From NCBI GenBank assembly GCA_947632645.1, contig CANRQB010000001.1, forward strand, positions 70,813-134,812: a DNA stretch of 64,000 bases. Reading direction: 5' to 3'. The translations under genes were made by a program, and so were the position numbers. Below are positions 49,595 through 59,420 of this stretch, piece by piece (within the stretch, counting starts at the first letter, position 1; each line of letters opens with the position of its first letter). Source of the DNA: an uncultured Clostridia bacterium (GTDB lineage: Bacteria; Bacillota; Clostridia; Christensenellales; UBA1242). The notes below the pieces were generated by a model. The model saw only the letters and a list, made by a program, of their open reading frames with translations, had not been told where the DNA came from and did no database searches.

Positions 49595-50131
49595 TTACAT
49601 TATCTGCTCGGTTAAAAATTTTGCAAAGGCGCGGCACACTTTAACGCTGCTATCATCAAAGCATTTGTTTTCGTTTGCCAAAATTATAATTGAGCCAATT
49701 GCATCGCCATCTTTAACAATTGGCACAATAAGTTGGCAACAGCTGGTGTTTGTTTCGTCCGCAAAAATATCTAACATTTGGCTGCCATCTTGCTGGCGTT
49801 TAATAATTAACTCTTTATTGTAAATTAAATCCTGCACGGCATTAGAAAGTGTCTTATTTGCATATCGCTTTTTGTTGGTTGCCACCACCACTTCTAGGTC
49901 GGTTATTATAATGTCGTGCTCTATGCTTTCCGCAATAGCTGTCACAGCAGATTGGCTATACAAATTTAGTGTGCCAATCGGGCTATATTTGCTAAGCAAA
50001 AATTTGCATCCGTCCACAATGCTTATTTCTAGTTGGGTGCCCTCGCGTACATTTAGCGTGCGCCTCATCTCGCGCGGCAGCACAATGCGGCCTAATTCGT
50101 CAACTCGTCTAACAACCCCTTTAACTTCCAT
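49595..50131 (-). CDS. spoVT: SpoVT/AbrB-family regulator (stage V sporulation protein T-like)
   Basis: 178 aa. N-terminal swapped-hairpin domain GVVRRVDELGRIVLPREMRRTLNVREGTQLEI plus a GAF-like C-terminal domain, the same length and architecture as SpoVT. Confidence 0.8.
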   Translation of the reverse strand: MEVKGVVRRVDELGRIVLPREMRRTLNVREGTQLEISIVDGCKFLLSKYSPIGTLNLYSQSAVTAIAESIEHDIIITDLEVVVATNKKRYANKTLSNAVQDLIYNKELIIKRQQDGSQMLDIFADETNTSCCQLIVPIVKDGDAIGSIIILANENKCFDDSSVKVCRAFAKFLTEQIM

Positions 50132-50274
50132 ATAAACTCCTAGTTTTAGTATGTTGCAATAAATTTTTATTATGCAGTTAAAACGGGCAAAATATTTGTA
50201 TTATTTTAACAAATTGCTTTTTTACTATTGATTTTTATTAAAAATTATGTTATAATTTTTTTAAGAGGTATAAA

Positions 50275-53200
50275 ATGGTTAATATTATTAATCCATCTGA
50301 TGTAAAAAATACAACATTTGAAGAGTTAAGCCGTTTGGATGGCAGCATTTTGCAAAATTTTAAAAATGTGCGGTTTTTAATGGATGGCAGTTCAACTTGG
50401 TTTAGTCTTGGCGAGTTGGAAATTGTAGATGGCAAAACAAGAAGAGTTCCAACCTCACTTAAAGAGGTGGTGGATGCCTACAAAAATAGGCAACTGCGCA
50501 GAAGTGGCTTTTCCTACATTTGGGGCAGTGATGTTCACGATGCTACAAATATAACAATAGACCCATATAGTTTAACAGACACATATGTTTCGGATAGCAT
50601 AATTCCGGATGGCGCGGATGCAGCCGACTATATGTATGGCTTAAGAAGATTATTAAAAGTGCAACCATCTAGCGACGCTAATTTTAAAGAAAATAGATTT
50701 ATGTATGTTTGTGTTGACGGCATATGGAATTTTTATGATAAAAACGATATAGGCTACTATCAGGATGGCAAATTTACACCGATAAAAGATTTATCTAGGG
50801 ATGAGGTTGCAGAAATTGCAGATAAAGATTTGTATCTTTCGGATAGCTATGGTAACGCCCACATCACTGGTGTAATAAATCAGTCCTACTCTTTAACCCA
50901 AGTGGAGCATTCGGGCATGCCGGTTGTGGAAAGAATTTCTGACGATGGCTCAGCAATAACCTCGTATGTTTTAACAGATGATGGAACAAATTTCAGGTCG
51001 TATGTGTCAGGAAATTACGTAACAACTAACACTAGCAGCACAAGCGAATTTAACGAGCAATCTTTTTCGCTTAACAACAATGATGCACGCATGCAAACAA
51101 CCATTTATCAAACAAGCCAAAATGGCAACTATCTGCGCTTAAAGTTGCAAGGGCAATCCGAGCCGATAGCAGTGCGAGTAACTGGTGAGCAAAGCCAGCT
51201 ATACTATGCCGACAAATCCGGCAATCATGGCGAACAAGTAAGGTTGGATACCGAAGATCGCGCGCAAGTGTTACGCAGGATAATTGGTCAAGAATTATTT
51301 GTAAAAATAACCAGTGGGGCAGAAGAAAAATGGGAGCGAACCCAAGCAATAACTGCTCAGCAAGCACTATTTGCCTATAACACTGAAAAATTTATGCAGT
51401 CCACCAAACAGCATGATAATTACATGGCGGATAACGCTTATTTGCGCCTAAGCGATGGGCGTTATGTTAAAGAAAGCGAGTTTGTTCGCCCAATAGCGTA
51501 CAATTTTGTGTTTGACGAAAAGGCAGAATATGACGCTTATCTTTGCTATGTAACCAATGCCGAGGGCAAAACCGAAACCATTATTGCACCAAAAGATTTC
51601 ACTGGCGGCCGTATTGCTGGCTTTAATGTGCGCTCAGAGGATATGCTTCGCATCAAAAAAACCACAAGTCCGCTAAAGGAAAGCAACGTAATTCAAACCA
51701 CCAATAATGGCGAAAAATTAAACAGGTGCGTAACCTTAAACGAGCGTCCAGAAAAAGGTGCAATCACCGCAGCCAAAAAAGAAAAGGCAGATGAATTGTT
51801 GCAAAATGCGCTACAGCAGTTTAAAAACGAATATCAACAGGGCAGATATGCAATCGACGGCAATAAAGTGCTGGTTAAGCAAGAAGATGGCAGCTATAAA
51901 GAAATGGGCTTAGATTGCTCGGGCGAACTGCCAAAGCGCTTTATTTACTCGGACGAAATTTACACAGAGGACACAACTCACAGCGATAGCAAGTATAAAT
52001 ATCTATTAAACAACCCAGAATTTGTGGATGAAGCTACAGGAAAATTAAAAAATGGGCCTAAATTTAACACCAAAGCAGCAATTAAAGATTTCTACAAAAA
52101 ATTTGGTGCGTTTGGCTTAAAAGTAGGCGCAACATTCTTCCTTGGTGGCGGATTGTTGGCGTTGCTTGGCGCTCCTGTGCTTGTGGCTGGTGCGGCTGCA
52201 GCATATGTTGCAACCGGAGTTCTTGCGCCATTCTATTATTTGGCAAAAGGTATTCGTCTAAAATTTAAATCTTTTGCAGATAAGGTGGTTGCCAACCGCA
52301 ACAACATAAAAAAGAACTTAGATAATCAGTTGCAAAGTTTATATGAAAAAATTATGTCGCGCGCCGATACTATCAGTAAGGAAAAACAAAGGCTAGAGGG
52401 GTTGCAATCCACTCTCGATAGCGACCTTAATAGTGACCATTATGCCGATCTTCCTGGGGTGAAGGAACAAGATAATATTATAGAAAAATTGCGTGAAAGT
52501 TTGCCTAAAGATAGATGGGCAATCCTAGAAGAAGATTACGAAACTTATCTAGAAAAACAAACCTATATTAACAAAAATATTTTGGAAAAAATAATTTTTG
52601 TTGATGGCAAAAAAGTTTCTTCTAAAAAGAATTTAACCAAAGAAGATTTTGAAAAACTTGCAACCTGCTTAGATATTTCGGTAGACGAACTAAAATTTAA
52701 TTATTTAACTTCTAAGGGCAATTTAAAAACCAGTGAAATATTTAAAAAATTGCAAAAATTAACTACGGCATCTAAAGAAGTTAAAAAATACCAAGCAACC
52801 TTGCAACAAATTGTGGATGCTAAATCTATGCGCAGGCAAATTGTTGTCGACCACCTAAATAATGCACTGCAAAATTGCAATGGCGAGTTGGAAGCCCTTA
52901 AAAATAATTTAGAGGCAGCGCTAAATGGCGATATCGCTGCTGGCATCCACAGTTTAAGCGAAACCAGATATTTGGCTTTGTTTGAAATTAAAAATGGCTA
53001 TGCGGATGTAACCGAAGCGAATGCAGCACTATATAGCAAATTTAATTCGGACATTAAAAAAGTGGCGGGCAAACTAACCAAAATAAACAGTAAAGTAAGC
53101 AAAAATCCGGCTGACGCATCCCTAATTGCCGAGCAAAAACAATTGCAGGCCAATTTGTATGCGCTAATCAATTCGCCAAAAGCGGGCGCAATATACGACG

Positions 53201-54087
53201 AACTTAACGAGCGCCGCGAATACGAGCAGAAGATAGAAACTTTAAAAACCTATCTTGGCGTTAAATACTTTGATGGCACAACAACCATTTCTATGGTGGA
53301 CGAGCAACTTAAATCGGGTGCATACACACTGGACGCTACTACCATGCAGTACAAATTGTCTAGGCATTCTAGGAACAAAAAGCAAGACAAAATAGACGAG
53401 CAAAAATTTAACAGCCACATTTCTAGGTTTAATGGGCAAGTTTACAAGGCCGATCAAACTGTGGAGGTTGATGGGTTTGAATATCGTTGCATTAAAATTG
53501 GCGATAATCTATATGCTAAAAACAGCAGTGGCGAATTTAAACAAGTGGTTAAAGATAAGGATAAAACCTATACATTTAAAGATATTGCTGATAATGTAGA
53601 TTTAGAGGCACACAAAATGCTATCGTCTACAAAAATTACAGTGATAGAAGAAAGTGGCCATTACGAAAAACCTGTGGTTGAAGAAGTTGCCCCTGCGCCT
53701 AAGCCAGACGAGGTTAATCCAGCCAACGAGGAAGAAAAACGCAAAAAGGCAGAAAAAAATGCAGAAAGAAAGGCAGAGTACAGCAAGCCAATTTCCGAAA
53801 GCACAGTGCAACAAAACGATCTTTGGAAGGGCATCGTTGCCGCGCGTCAAATTGATTTGGCGGGCGAAAATGCTGCAGAAGAGGTGGCAGAATTTAGCAA
53901 AAAACTTAAATTTATAACCAGCAAAAAATACGCTGCTTTGCTAGAAAAAGCGGCAAAAAGTGCACCAATCGAAATTGAAGTTAAAGGCAAAAAACAGATA
54001 GTAGATATTGGTTTGTTAAGCGACACAAGCGAGCATATAACAAACATTCAAAATTTGGTGGAAAAACTAAAAGGCAAAACAAAATAA
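50275..54087 (+). CDS. Giant (1270 aa) hypothetical protein with a central two-helix membrane anchor and a coiled-coil C-terminal half
   Basis: No signal peptide. Hydrophobic pair ...FGLKVGATFFLGGGLLALLGAPVLVAGAAAAYVATGVLAPFYYLAKG... near residue 640. The C-terminal half is heptad-like and K/E-rich. Extended -10 TGTTATAAT upstream. Confidence 0.75.
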   Translation: MVNIINPSDVKNTTFEELSRLDGSILQNFKNVRFLMDGSSTWFSLGELEIVDGKTRRVPTSLKEVVDAYKNRQLRRSGFSYIWGSDVHDATNITIDPYSLTDTYVSDSIIPDGADAADYMYGLRRLLKVQPSSDANFKENRFMYVCVDGIWNFYDKNDIGYYQDGKFTPIKDLSRDEVAEIADKDLYLSDSYGNAHITGVINQSYSLTQVEHSGMPVVERISDDGSAITSYVLTDDGTNFRSYVSGNYVTTNTSSTSEFNEQSFSLNNNDARMQTTIYQTSQNGNYLRLKLQGQSEPIAVRVTGEQSQLYYADKSGNHGEQVRLDTEDRAQVLRRIIGQELFVKITSGAEEKWERTQAITAQQALFAYNTEKFMQSTKQHDNYMADNAYLRLSDGRYVKESEFVRPIAYNFVFDEKAEYDAYLCYVTNAEGKTETIIAPKDFTGGRIAGFNVRSEDMLRIKKTTSPLKESNVIQTTNNGEKLNRCVTLNERPEKGAITAAKKEKADELLQNALQQFKNEYQQGRYAIDGNKVLVKQEDGSYKEMGLDCSGELPKRFIYSDEIYTEDTTHSDSKYKYLLNNPEFVDEATGKLKNGPKFNTKAAIKDFYKKFGAFGLKVGATFFLGGGLLALLGAPVLVAGAAAAYVATGVLAPFYYLAKGIRLKFKSFADKVVANRNNIKKNLDNQLQSLYEKIMSRADTISKEKQRLEGLQSTLDSDLNSDHYADLPGVKEQDNIIEKLRESLPKDRWAILEEDYETYLEKQTYINKNILEKIIFVDGKKVSSKKNLTKEDFEKLATCLDISVDELKFNYLTSKGNLKTSEIFKKLQKLTTASKEVKKYQATLQQIVDAKSMRRQIVVDHLNNALQNCNGELEALKNNLEAALNGDIAAGIHSLSETRYLALFEIKNGYADVTEANAALYSKFNSDIKKVAGKLTKINSKVSKNPADASLIAEQKQLQANLYALINSPKAGAIYDELNERREYEQKIETLKTYLGVKYFDGTTTISMVDEQLKSGAYTLDATTMQYKLSRHSRNKKQDKIDEQKFNSHISRFNGQVYKADQTVEVDGFEYRCIKIGDNLYAKNSSGEFKQVVKDKDKTYTFKDIADNVDLEAHKMLSSTKITVIEESGHYEKPVVEEVAPAPKPDEVNPANEEEKRKKAEKNAERKAEYSKPISESTVQQNDLWKGIVAARQIDLAGENAAEEVAEFSKKLKFITSKKYAALLEKAAKSAPIEIEVKGKKQIVDIGLLSDTSEHITNIQNLVEKLKGKTK

Positions 54088-54132
54088 AAAGGTGGCAACG
54101 TGCCATCTTTTTTAAAAATTTTAAAAAGGGTA

Positions 54133-54160
54133 TTGACAAATAAAAAATTTATGGTAAAAT
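54133..54160 (+). promoter_or_regulatory. Promoter of the 31-aa-repeat protein gene
   Basis: TTGACA (54133-54138), 16-nt spacer, TGgTAAAAT (54152-54160). Confidence 0.6.
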
Positions 54161-54180
54161 TGTGTTAGTTGGAGGAAATT

Positions 54181-56364
54181 ATGGATAACACGCAAGATGA
54201 AAAAATGATAATAAATTTAACAATAAAAAAATTAGTACGTTTTTTACATGAACGAGCTTGGTATTGGGATGATAAATTTAGTTGTATCTTTGAAGAAATA
54301 GCTAATAAAGTAAATTCATTTGCTGCCATAGTTAAAGGTTTGGCAAAAAAGCTATTCTTAAAAGATACAGCAGCAGATCATAAAAAACTTGCCGAATATT
54401 TAGTATATTTATCCCATGATGACCTTTTAGATGTTTTAGATACAGTTATTAAAACTAATGATGGAAATCTTATTTATAGATTTGCTTGCGATGCAGATTG
54501 CTTAACTTATGAAGACAAAGTAAAATTAATGGACAAACTTATTAAGATAAACGACTATTCTCGGTTGCCTTATTTTGCAAAGGATGTTAGAGGCATAACT
54601 CACGAGGACATAGTAAAATTAGCAGACGCAACTATTAAAACTAACAATGCGGAATATATTTATAAATTTGCTATAATTGTAAAATATTTATTAAACCACG
54701 AGGACATAGTAAAATTACTAGATGCAGTTATTACAACTAAAGATGCGGGATATATTTTTGACTTTCTTCAAAATGTAAGAGGCTTAAACAATGATGACAA
54801 AGTAAAATTATTAGATGTAGTTATTAAAACTAAAGATGCGTATCTCATTTTTGGTTTTGCTACAAAAGTAAAAGGCTTAAGCCCTGAAGACAAAGTAAAA
54901 CTATTAAAAGCAGAAATTGCAACAGGTAGTGCGAAATATATTTATGAATTTGCTAAAAATGTAGAAGGCTTAGAGCGTGAAGACAAATTAAAATTATTAG
55001 ATGCAGTAATTGCAACTGGTAGTGCGGAATATATTTATAAATTTGCTAAAAATGTAGAAGGCTTAAACCCTGAAGACAAAGTAAAACTATTAGACGCAGT
55101 TATTGCAACTGGCAATGCTGAATATATTTACGAATTTGCTAAAAATATACGAGACTTAACCACTGAAGACAAAGTAAAACTATTAGATGCAGAAATTGCA
55201 ACTGGTAGTGCGAAATATATTTATGAATTTGCTATAATTGTAAAATATTTATTAAACCACGAGGACATAGTAAAATTATTAGATTTAGTTATTAAAACTA
55301 AAGATGCGTATTATATTTATAAATTTGCTAAATATGTAGAAGGCTTAACCCCTAAGGATAAAGTAAAACTATTAAATGCTTTAATTGCAACTGGCAATGC
55401 TGAATATATTTACGAATTTGCTAAAAATATACGAGACTTAACCACTGAAGACAAAGTAAAACTATTAGATGCAGAAATTGCAACTCGCAATGCGGTGTAT
55501 ATTTATTATTTTGCTATACTAATGTGGCGGGACTTAGCACGCAAGGACCAAGTAAAATTATTAAATGCAGAAATTGCAACTGGCGATGCGTATTATATTT
55601 ATATATTTGCTGCAGAAGTAAAAGGCTTAACCCCCGATGACAAAGCAAAACTATTAAAAGCAGAAATTGCAATTGGCGATGCGTATTATATTAATGTATT
55701 TGCTTTAGGAGTAAAAGGCTTAACCCCCGATGACAAAGTAAAACTATTAGAAGTAGAAATTGCAACTGGCAATGCGGAATATATTTATCAATTTGCTACA
55801 GAAGTAGAAGGCTTAACCCCCGATGACAAAGTAAAACTATTAGAAGCAGAAATTGCAACTGGCGATGCGGAATATATTTATCAATTTGCTACAGAAGTAG
55901 AAGGCTTAACCCCCGATGACAAAGTAAAACTATTAGAAGGAATTATTGCAACTGGCGATGCGTATTATATTAATGAATTTGCTTTAGGAGTAGAAGGCTT
56001 AACCCACGATGACAAAGTAAAATTATTAGATTTAGTTATTAAAACTAAATATGCGGGTAGGATTTTTGATTTTGCTACAAAAGTAGAAGGCTTAAGCTAT
56101 GAAGACAAATTAAAATTATTAAATGCTTTAATTGCAACTGGCGATGCGTATCATATTTATCGATTTGTTACAGAAGTAGAAGGCTTAAAAATTGATGATT
56201 TTTATACAATATACGATGCATTCATGCATGACAAATTTGATGATAAAAGATATTTTAACAGATTTCTTAAATTATTTAAAGAAACGTTTGGGTTAACAAA
56301 ACAAGAAATAGAGGAAAATCGAGAATTTTTACTATTTAAATTCACAAAAATTTCACCTGTGTAG
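54181..56364 (+). CDS. Tandem-repeat (about 19 x 31 aa) predicted alpha-solenoid protein
   Basis: ATG at 54181 after GGAGGA. Repeat consensus L-[TNS]-P-[ED]-DKVKLL-x-A-x-IATG-x-AEYIY-x-FA-x-x-VEG. 93-nt DNA period. No signal peptide. Confidence 0.8.
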   Translation: MDNTQDEKMIINLTIKKLVRFLHERAWYWDDKFSCIFEEIANKVNSFAAIVKGLAKKLFLKDTAADHKKLAEYLVYLSHDDLLDVLDTVIKTNDGNLIYRFACDADCLTYEDKVKLMDKLIKINDYSRLPYFAKDVRGITHEDIVKLADATIKTNNAEYIYKFAIIVKYLLNHEDIVKLLDAVITTKDAGYIFDFLQNVRGLNNDDKVKLLDVVIKTKDAYLIFGFATKVKGLSPEDKVKLLKAEIATGSAKYIYEFAKNVEGLEREDKLKLLDAVIATGSAEYIYKFAKNVEGLNPEDKVKLLDAVIATGNAEYIYEFAKNIRDLTTEDKVKLLDAEIATGSAKYIYEFAIIVKYLLNHEDIVKLLDLVIKTKDAYYIYKFAKYVEGLTPKDKVKLLNALIATGNAEYIYEFAKNIRDLTTEDKVKLLDAEIATRNAVYIYYFAILMWRDLARKDQVKLLNAEIATGDAYYIYIFAAEVKGLTPDDKAKLLKAEIAIGDAYYINVFALGVKGLTPDDKVKLLEVEIATGNAEYIYQFATEVEGLTPDDKVKLLEAEIATGDAEYIYQFATEVEGLTPDDKVKLLEGIIATGDAYYINEFALGVEGLTHDDKVKLLDLVIKTKYAGRIFDFATKVEGLSYEDKLKLLNALIATGDAYHIYRFVTEVEGLKIDDFYTIYDAFMHDKFDDKRYFNRFLKLFKETFGLTKQEIEENREFLLFKFTKISPV

Positions 56365-56473
56365 CGCAGGTGGTTTTTATTTAAGGAAATTGTATTTTTC
56401 AATTCATTTAGATTGCACAATTCATTTGACATTTTGCGGGGTTTCTATTAAAATATAATAGTTAGGAGTTATT

Positions 56474-57838
56474 ATGCAGAATTTTGATAAGATTGTAAAC
56501 CTTTGCAAGGCGCGCGGAATAATTTTCCCGGGCAGCGATATCTACGACGGGCTTGCCAACACCTGGGATTATGGCCCGGTTGGGGTGGAGTTAAAAAACA
56601 ACATCAAGCGCGCGTGGTGGAAAAGGTTTGTGCAGCAATCCACAAATAGTTTTGGTGTGGATGCAGATATTTTTATGAACAGCAAGGTGTGGGAGGCAAG
56701 CGGGCACACTGCCAGTTTTTCCGACCCTAAAATGGATTGTAAAAGTTGCAAAACACGCCACAGAGCAGACAATTTAATAGAAGCGCACAGCAAAGGCACA
56801 GTTAATGCAGACAAGATGACTAATGAAGAAATGGAGCAATATATCGCCGAGCACAAGGTTGCTTGCCCAAAATGTGGTAAGTGTGATTGGACACCAATCC
56901 GCAACTTTAACCTTATGTTTTCAACTTCGCGTGGGGTGACGGACGAAAGCCAAAACCTAATATATCTGCGCCCAGAAACCGCGCAGGGTGAGTTTGTAAA
57001 CTTTTTAAATGTTCAGCGCAGCATGCGTGCAAAAGTGCCATTTGGCATTGCGCAAATTGGCAAAGCATTCCGCAACGAAGTTACCCCTGGCAACTTCACT
57101 TTCCGCACAATTGAATTTGAACAAATGGAGCATCAATGGTTTTGTAAGGCGGAAGATAGCATGAATTACTACAACGAATTTAAGCAAAAAGCATGGGATT
57201 TCTTGCTTTCTATCGGCTTTAAGGCAGAAAATTTGCGCTTTCACGACCATGACAAACTTGCGCACTATGCTAAGGCGGCTTGCGACATCCAGTACAAATA
57301 TCCAATCGGTTGGGAGGAGTTGAACGGCATACACCACCGCGGCGATTGGGATTTATCTCGTCACCAAGAATTTAGCGGCAAATCCATGCTGTACACCGAC
57401 CCTTTCACCAACGAAAAATATATACCGAATGTAATTGAATATTCAATCGGTGCGGATAGGCTAACACTGGCTGCCATGTGCGAGGCATACGACGAAGAAA
57501 AATTGCCGGACGGCGACACGCGTGTGGTTATGCATTTTCATCCAGCCATTGCGCCATATAAAGTGGCAGTGTTGCCGTTGCAAAAAAACATGGGGGATAA
57601 GGCACGCGAAATTTATAGCGACCTTACCAAATATTTTATGTGCAGTTACGATGAGGCTGGCAGCATAGGCAAGCGTTACCGCCGCCAGGACGAAATTGGC
57701 ACCCCAATGTGCATAACTATCGATTTTGACACGTTAGAGGACAACACAGTAACCGTTCGCGACCGCGACACTATGCAGCAAATCCGCCTAAATGTAAGCG
57801 AACTTAAAGATTATATTGCAAAGAAAATTACTTATTAA
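56474..57838 (+). CDS. glyQS: Glycine--tRNA ligase (homodimeric class II type)
   Basis: 454 aa; ...GIIFPGSDIYDGLANTWDYGPVGVELKNNIK...FRNE(V)TPGNFTFRTIEFEQME... Confidence 0.94.
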   Translation: MQNFDKIVNLCKARGIIFPGSDIYDGLANTWDYGPVGVELKNNIKRAWWKRFVQQSTNSFGVDADIFMNSKVWEASGHTASFSDPKMDCKSCKTRHRADNLIEAHSKGTVNADKMTNEEMEQYIAEHKVACPKCGKCDWTPIRNFNLMFSTSRGVTDESQNLIYLRPETAQGEFVNFLNVQRSMRAKVPFGIAQIGKAFRNEVTPGNFTFRTIEFEQMEHQWFCKAEDSMNYYNEFKQKAWDFLLSIGFKAENLRFHDHDKLAHYAKAACDIQYKYPIGWEELNGIHHRGDWDLSRHQEFSGKSMLYTDPFTNEKYIPNVIEYSIGADRLTLAAMCEAYDEEKLPDGDTRVVMHFHPAIAPYKVAVLPLQKNMGDKAREIYSDLTKYFMCSYDEAGSIGKRYRRQDEIGTPMCITIDFDTLEDNTVTVRDRDTMQQIRLNVSELKDYIAKKITY

Positions 57839-57842
57839 TTTA

Positions 57843-57876
57843 TTTTCTCTTTTTTAAAAAAGAAAAACAGAAAAAC
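57843..57876. repeat. Left 34-bp inverted repeat of the accessory cassette
   Basis: TTTTCTCTTTTTTAAAAAAGAAAAACAGAAAAAC. Its reverse complement matches 60191-60224 at 33 of 34 positions. Confidence 0.8.
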
Positions 57877-57897
57877 AAGTAAACCACTTGTTTTTTT
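57876..57897 (+). terminator. glyQS terminator
   Basis: CAAGT-aaacc-ACTTG followed by T7. Confidence 0.65.
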
Positions 57898-57952
57898 GTT
57901 GCTTTTTAATAAAAAAATAGAGATAAAAAACAAAAAAACGAGCAAATGCTCG

Positions 57953-58075
57953 TTAATTCGTTTTATTTTTATTTGACTTTTTACTTAACTTTTTATTTTT
58001 TTCTTTTGGGCAAATTCTGTTTACAAGTTCGTCAAACTTTTTATCCATATAAACATTAAATTCTGCTTGTGTCAT
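57953..58075 (-). CDS. Small (40 aa) basic ORF translationally coupled to the 26-aa-repeat protein gene
   Basis: Hand-translated and below the track cutoff: MTQAEFNVYMDKKFDELVNRICPKEKNKKLSKKSNKNKTN. The ATG lies 1 nt after the upstream stop, with GGAGTGG just upstream. A terminator (ACGAGC-attt-GCTCGT plus T-run on minus) follows. Confidence 0.4.
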   Translation of the reverse strand: MTQAEFNVYMDKKFDELVNRICPKEKNKKLSKKSNKNKTN

Positions 58076-58076
58076 A

Positions 58077-59399
58077 TTACCACTCCAATTTATTTATTTC
58101 GCTTATAACTGCGTCTTGATGTTTTTGTTCTTCAGTAAGTTGTTTTATGGCCGCAGCCCTTTTACTGTCAATTTCATTGTCCAACTTATCTAATTGTTTG
58201 TCAAATTCTTTAACTACTTTATCTGGAACTTCATCAGTGTAGCCGTTTTCTTCACAAATTTGATTAAATTTTTGTTTAAATTTATTTTTAATTATAGCGC
58301 ACAACACAAATACTGCCTCATTGTTGGCAAAAATTTCAATTGGTAATTGATCGAATTTTATTTTGCCTGCGCCATAAAGGATAAGGGCTTTTTGTGCCCT
58401 GTAAGTTGGCTCAAAAATTGCTGCAGGAATAGAATTTTTTGTTTTTTCATCAACAAGATTTGCTGTATTATGACGCCAAGAAGCACCCATATTTATAATT
58501 TCTTGCGGAATTTTCTGAATTTGTTTTTGTGACAAGCGTTTTAAATATCCGCCATTTAATGCGCGTCTATTAATGCTTTTTTGCGAAATTGATTTTATCA
58601 TGTCTTCTGTAATACAATCCAGATCCAAATCACCGCCATTTTCAACATATAAGTCAAAATCCTTTTTAGAGATAGCAGCAATCTGTTTTGCTGTTAAATT
58701 CTCTAGCGAATAACCATTTTGTGCACGTTTGTTTACAATTTCTTGTGGGATTGCTGCAATTTTTTCGCTTGGAAGATAACTTAAGCTCCAGCCATTTAGC
58801 GCACGTTGATTAATTATATCATTTGGTATGTATAGGTCTAATCTCATCAATTTAAATTTAGTTAAGTCGTCTAAATCTCCACCATTAGCAATATATTGAA
58901 ATAAAATGTGCTCAGGAATTGAAGATAATTGCATTTTAGTAAGATAATTTAAATCTCCGCCATTTGCGATATATTTAATAATGATTCTAGAAGGAATATT
59001 TTCAATTTGTTCTCGCGTAAAACAGTCAAGATACTTACCATCTATTGCGTATTGATTAACAATTTCTTGCGGAACTGCTTTTATTTGCTTGTTTGTAAAG
59101 TAACTAGGATCTTTGCCTAATTGCAAATATTTGTTTACTATTTCTTGCGGAACGGCTTCTATTTTAGGTAGAAGTCCCAAATCATAGCCTTTTGCCACGC
59201 GCTGATTAATAATATCTTGAGGAATAGCACTATTTTTTATTTGAAAGTTTTCAAGATAAAGCAAATTTCCACCATTGGCAATATATTTCAATATAACTTC
59301 TTGCGGAATCGCAGAAATTTGTGCTTTAGATAAGAAATCTAGATCTCCGCCATTTGCGACATATTGATTTATGTCGTCTTGTGTTAACTCATATTTCAT
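58077..59399 (-). CDS. Tandem-repeat (about 12 x ~26 aa) protein with a coiled-coil C-terminus
   Basis: 440 aa. Repeat consensus IPQEI(V/I)N-x-Y-(I/A)-ANGGDL-x-(Y/F)LT-x-x-QI-x-A. No signal peptide. AGGGAGG RBS. Confidence 0.8.
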   Translation of the reverse strand: MKYELTQDDINQYVANGGDLDFLSKAQISAIPQEVILKYIANGGNLLYLENFQIKNSAIPQDIINQRVAKGYDLGLLPKIEAVPQEIVNKYLQLGKDPSYFTNKQIKAVPQEIVNQYAIDGKYLDCFTREQIENIPSRIIIKYIANGGDLNYLTKMQLSSIPEHILFQYIANGGDLDDLTKFKLMRLDLYIPNDIINQRALNGWSLSYLPSEKIAAIPQEIVNKRAQNGYSLENLTAKQIAAISKKDFDLYVENGGDLDLDCITEDMIKSISQKSINRRALNGGYLKRLSQKQIQKIPQEIINMGASWRHNTANLVDEKTKNSIPAAIFEPTYRAQKALILYGAGKIKFDQLPIEIFANNEAVFVLCAIIKNKFKQKFNQICEENGYTDEVPDKVVKEFDKQLDKLDNEIDSKRAAAIKQLTEEQKHQDAVISEINKLEW

Positions 59400-59420
59400 A
59401 ATAATCCTCCCTTATAAATA

